Positions 61,750 through 64,000 of a stretch of DNA of 64,000 nt are shown one piece after another. The stretch lies in NCBI GenBank assembly GCA_964187785.1, contig OZ076409.1, positions 30,318,001 through 30,382,000 on the forward strand, given 5' to 3'. Every line of letters begins with the position of its first letter. Position 1 is the first letter of the stretch. The notes below the pieces were generated by a model, which made no database searches, had not been told where the DNA came from, and saw nothing but the letters and a program-made list of their open reading frames with translations. Source of the DNA: Amphiscolops sp. MND2022. Lineage: Eukaryota. The translations under genes were made by a program, and so were the position numbers.

Positions 61750-64000
61750 CTACAAAGTGATCTGGGAACATTCTTCATCTACGTCGTCGTCGTCATCATC
61801 AATGTTGTCAATTTCTCCGGCAAAAGTGTCATCATGATTCTCGAAAAAGAGTTTTGGTAATCTCGTTTGTCCATTTCTGTATCGTTTGAGATAAGCCACA
61901 GCCGATATATTCTCGTTTGATGTTTTGCCTGATATTTGATCAAGAAAGAGTGGTCTCATATCATTTACTCTGGCTCGACGAAAATTACTTCTTGGGGCGA
62001 TGGTGTAATCTTTGGGGTCTAACAACGTAACTACTTTTTTGACATCCATGATAAAATTCTTCTTCAAAAAAGTTATACCTCTCTGGGCAAATTGTTGAGC
62101 AATTTGTGAGTATTGAGCGGTTTCTTTTTTCTGTTTTGCTGTGAGTTGCGATGATGGGTATTGACTGTCCGAATCTGACGACTGGGACGTGGAAAGTCTT
62201 AGTTTTTTCGCCGGCGGCATCTCCTTTTTCAGTTCTTCAATTTCTTGCACAGAGCCTGTGGCGATTACTAGATCTTCTTCGTCTTTGACCAGAACGAAGC
62301 AATTAGGCAGTTGTGAATGTGTCTTCTTGAGGGTGTCTGCTTAATCGTGTTCAATGAATATGCCCCCCATTTCGTTGATGAGTTTAATCAGAACGTCCTT
62401 CGTTAACGAAATCCCGTCGACTACCCCTAATCTTCCAATTGAAGTGAACCTCATACCACTTAAAAGTTGGGACTCGGGATGCGATTTCCCGATTGCAAGA
62501 GAAGTCGAGGAAATTGGGGTCTTGCAAATTTTAGGTATGTTGGTCCGGGGTATTTGGCATCCAAATCATCAACAAGTTTCTCAAGTATTCCAGATATTTC
62601 CAAGCCATCATGCTTCATTGTTTCCACTCCAATCGATGCACGGAGGAACTTTCTAAATGAAGATGACAATTCCAGGAAAAGAGGAACTTTATGGTAAATT
62701 TTACCGCCACCACGCATGGTTTTCGTCTGGAAATAGCGATTTGCGTGATGATTGGATTTTTCAAGCCCTTCGCACATGTGGTCAAAAGGTCTTTCCACAA
62801 ACCCTCCTTCTACAATCTGCGGCATCATTGCGAGCTTCAACTTATATGGTGTCAATGAGCTTTCACCAAATACCAAAATGCTTGTCTGATAATATATTTC
62901 AGCCCATTTCTTGTAGCATTGGGCGTCAAACTGCTTAGATCTCAGGAGAATTGCACAGCGGTTCAGGCTGGAGCGCAGCAATTCACATGCATCTGTCTTC
63001 GAGATGTATAGATTGGCGGATGTCTTGTCACTAGGGTGAGGCTTATCAAAAAGTTCTGGGAGAAATTGTGTTAGTATTTGAGCACTAGCAGCCGATTCAC
63101 TCCCAATAACAACATCGTTTGTGGGATCCCATACATCTTCAAAAAGAATCCCTTCAAAAAGAACAATCATTTGCGCCAGCCAATTCCTCTTTTTCTACTA
63201 TAATAGATAGGGCATTACTTCTGGCTAATGACACACTGTTTACAGTACCAACACCANNNNNNNNNNNNNNNNNNNNNNNNNNNNNNNNNNNNNNNNNNNN
63301 NNNNNNNNNNNNNNNNNNNNNNNNNNNNNNNNNNNNNNNNNNNNNNNNNNNNNNNNNNNNNNNNNNNNNNNNNNNNNNNNNNNNNNNNNNNNNNNNNNNN
63401 NNNNNNNNNNNNNNNNNNNNNNNNNNNNNNNNNNNNNNNNNNNNNNNNNNNNNNNNTTAACTTCTGACCAAGGACAGTAAGTATCGGAGACCCCGAGACT
63501 ACCATAAACTGTTTCACACTGCAGCAATTTGGAAAAAAGCTCAACCGTGGTGGCTGCCTCGACACAGTAAGGAGCGCTTTTGATGTAAGATTGGACTGGA
63601 AAAATCACGTCTATGTGACGACAGGTCGGGTCCTCGGTGTTGACTGAACCGAACTTAACAGGAGGCAAGTTTGGAAAGGGCTCATCCAAACATAGGCACG
63701 CTAGTTGAAACATTTTGAGCAGGAGAGGTTTGCTCCGAAGGGCAGTTCGCTCCATCAAAATCTCCACGGTATCATGGATAAACAGCGTGGGTTGGACCAT
63801 CTCCGTGTACAGTTACTGCAATTCATCTGCCAGGGCCTGTTACTCTTCAATGCACTGCGTCTCCTGGTCCTCAGTGAAGTGACCATGAAGCTGTAGCTTA
63901 CTGAAAAATTTTCGAGCGCAGCTCTCGTGTTGCTCATGAATCCCCTCGAGGATGACGTTGAGGTTGAAACTTGAATGCTCCGAGGCCTTTGACACTTTTG
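61750..64000 (-). pseudogene. Decayed long ORF: RAG1/Transib-like DDE transposase motifs followed by a PARP-type BRCT domain and acidic tail
   Basis: KLLQCETVYGSLGVSDTYCPW; LTPYKLKLAMMPQIV..CEGLEKSNHHANRYF. After a 1-nt frameshift near 62530: LSGMRFTSIGRL..KDVLIKLINEMGG..RGITFLKKNFIMDV. At least 3 in-frame stops and 2 frameshifts. Confidence 0.5.
63257..63456. other. Assembly gap (200 N)
   Basis: Run of N. The round length suggests an arbitrary scaffold gap. Confidence 0.99.

Overview
AT-rich eukaryotic DNA, most likely an invertebrate animal (spliceosomal splice signals, Ty3/Gypsy elements, a tRNA-derived repeat, a 200-N scaffold gap). About 85% of the window is repeat or transposon derived, and nothing prokaryotic (operons, CRISPR, rRNA) is evident. 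From left to right: (1) 1-7650, a tandem array of a 2.3-2.4 kb unit carrying two apparent exons of an unknown nuclear protein, followed by a divergent PR-Set7/SET8-like SET-domain ORF (to 8860). (2) 9806-41380, two nested copies of one very large Ty3/Gypsy family ('A'). Copy A2 (13446-31359, 17.9 kb, 337-bp LTRs) has gag-pol, an env resembling class III (chuvirus G / herpes gB-like) fusion proteins, and three further 3' ORFs. A2 sits inside the env of an older copy A1 and carries an 11.9-kb internal inversion. (3) 41381-54950, a head-to-tail array (about 5.2 kb period) of a second, apparently pol-less gag element ('B') that uses the same primer-binding site as A. (4) 55300-61500, local repeats, a tRNA-like pseudogene or SINE head, and an atypical RING ORF. 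(5) 61750-64000, a decayed ORF with RAG1/Transib-like transposase motifs apparently fused to a BRCT domain. All retroelement ORFs carry stops or frameshifts. Family assignments come from motif recognition by eye, not from database searches.
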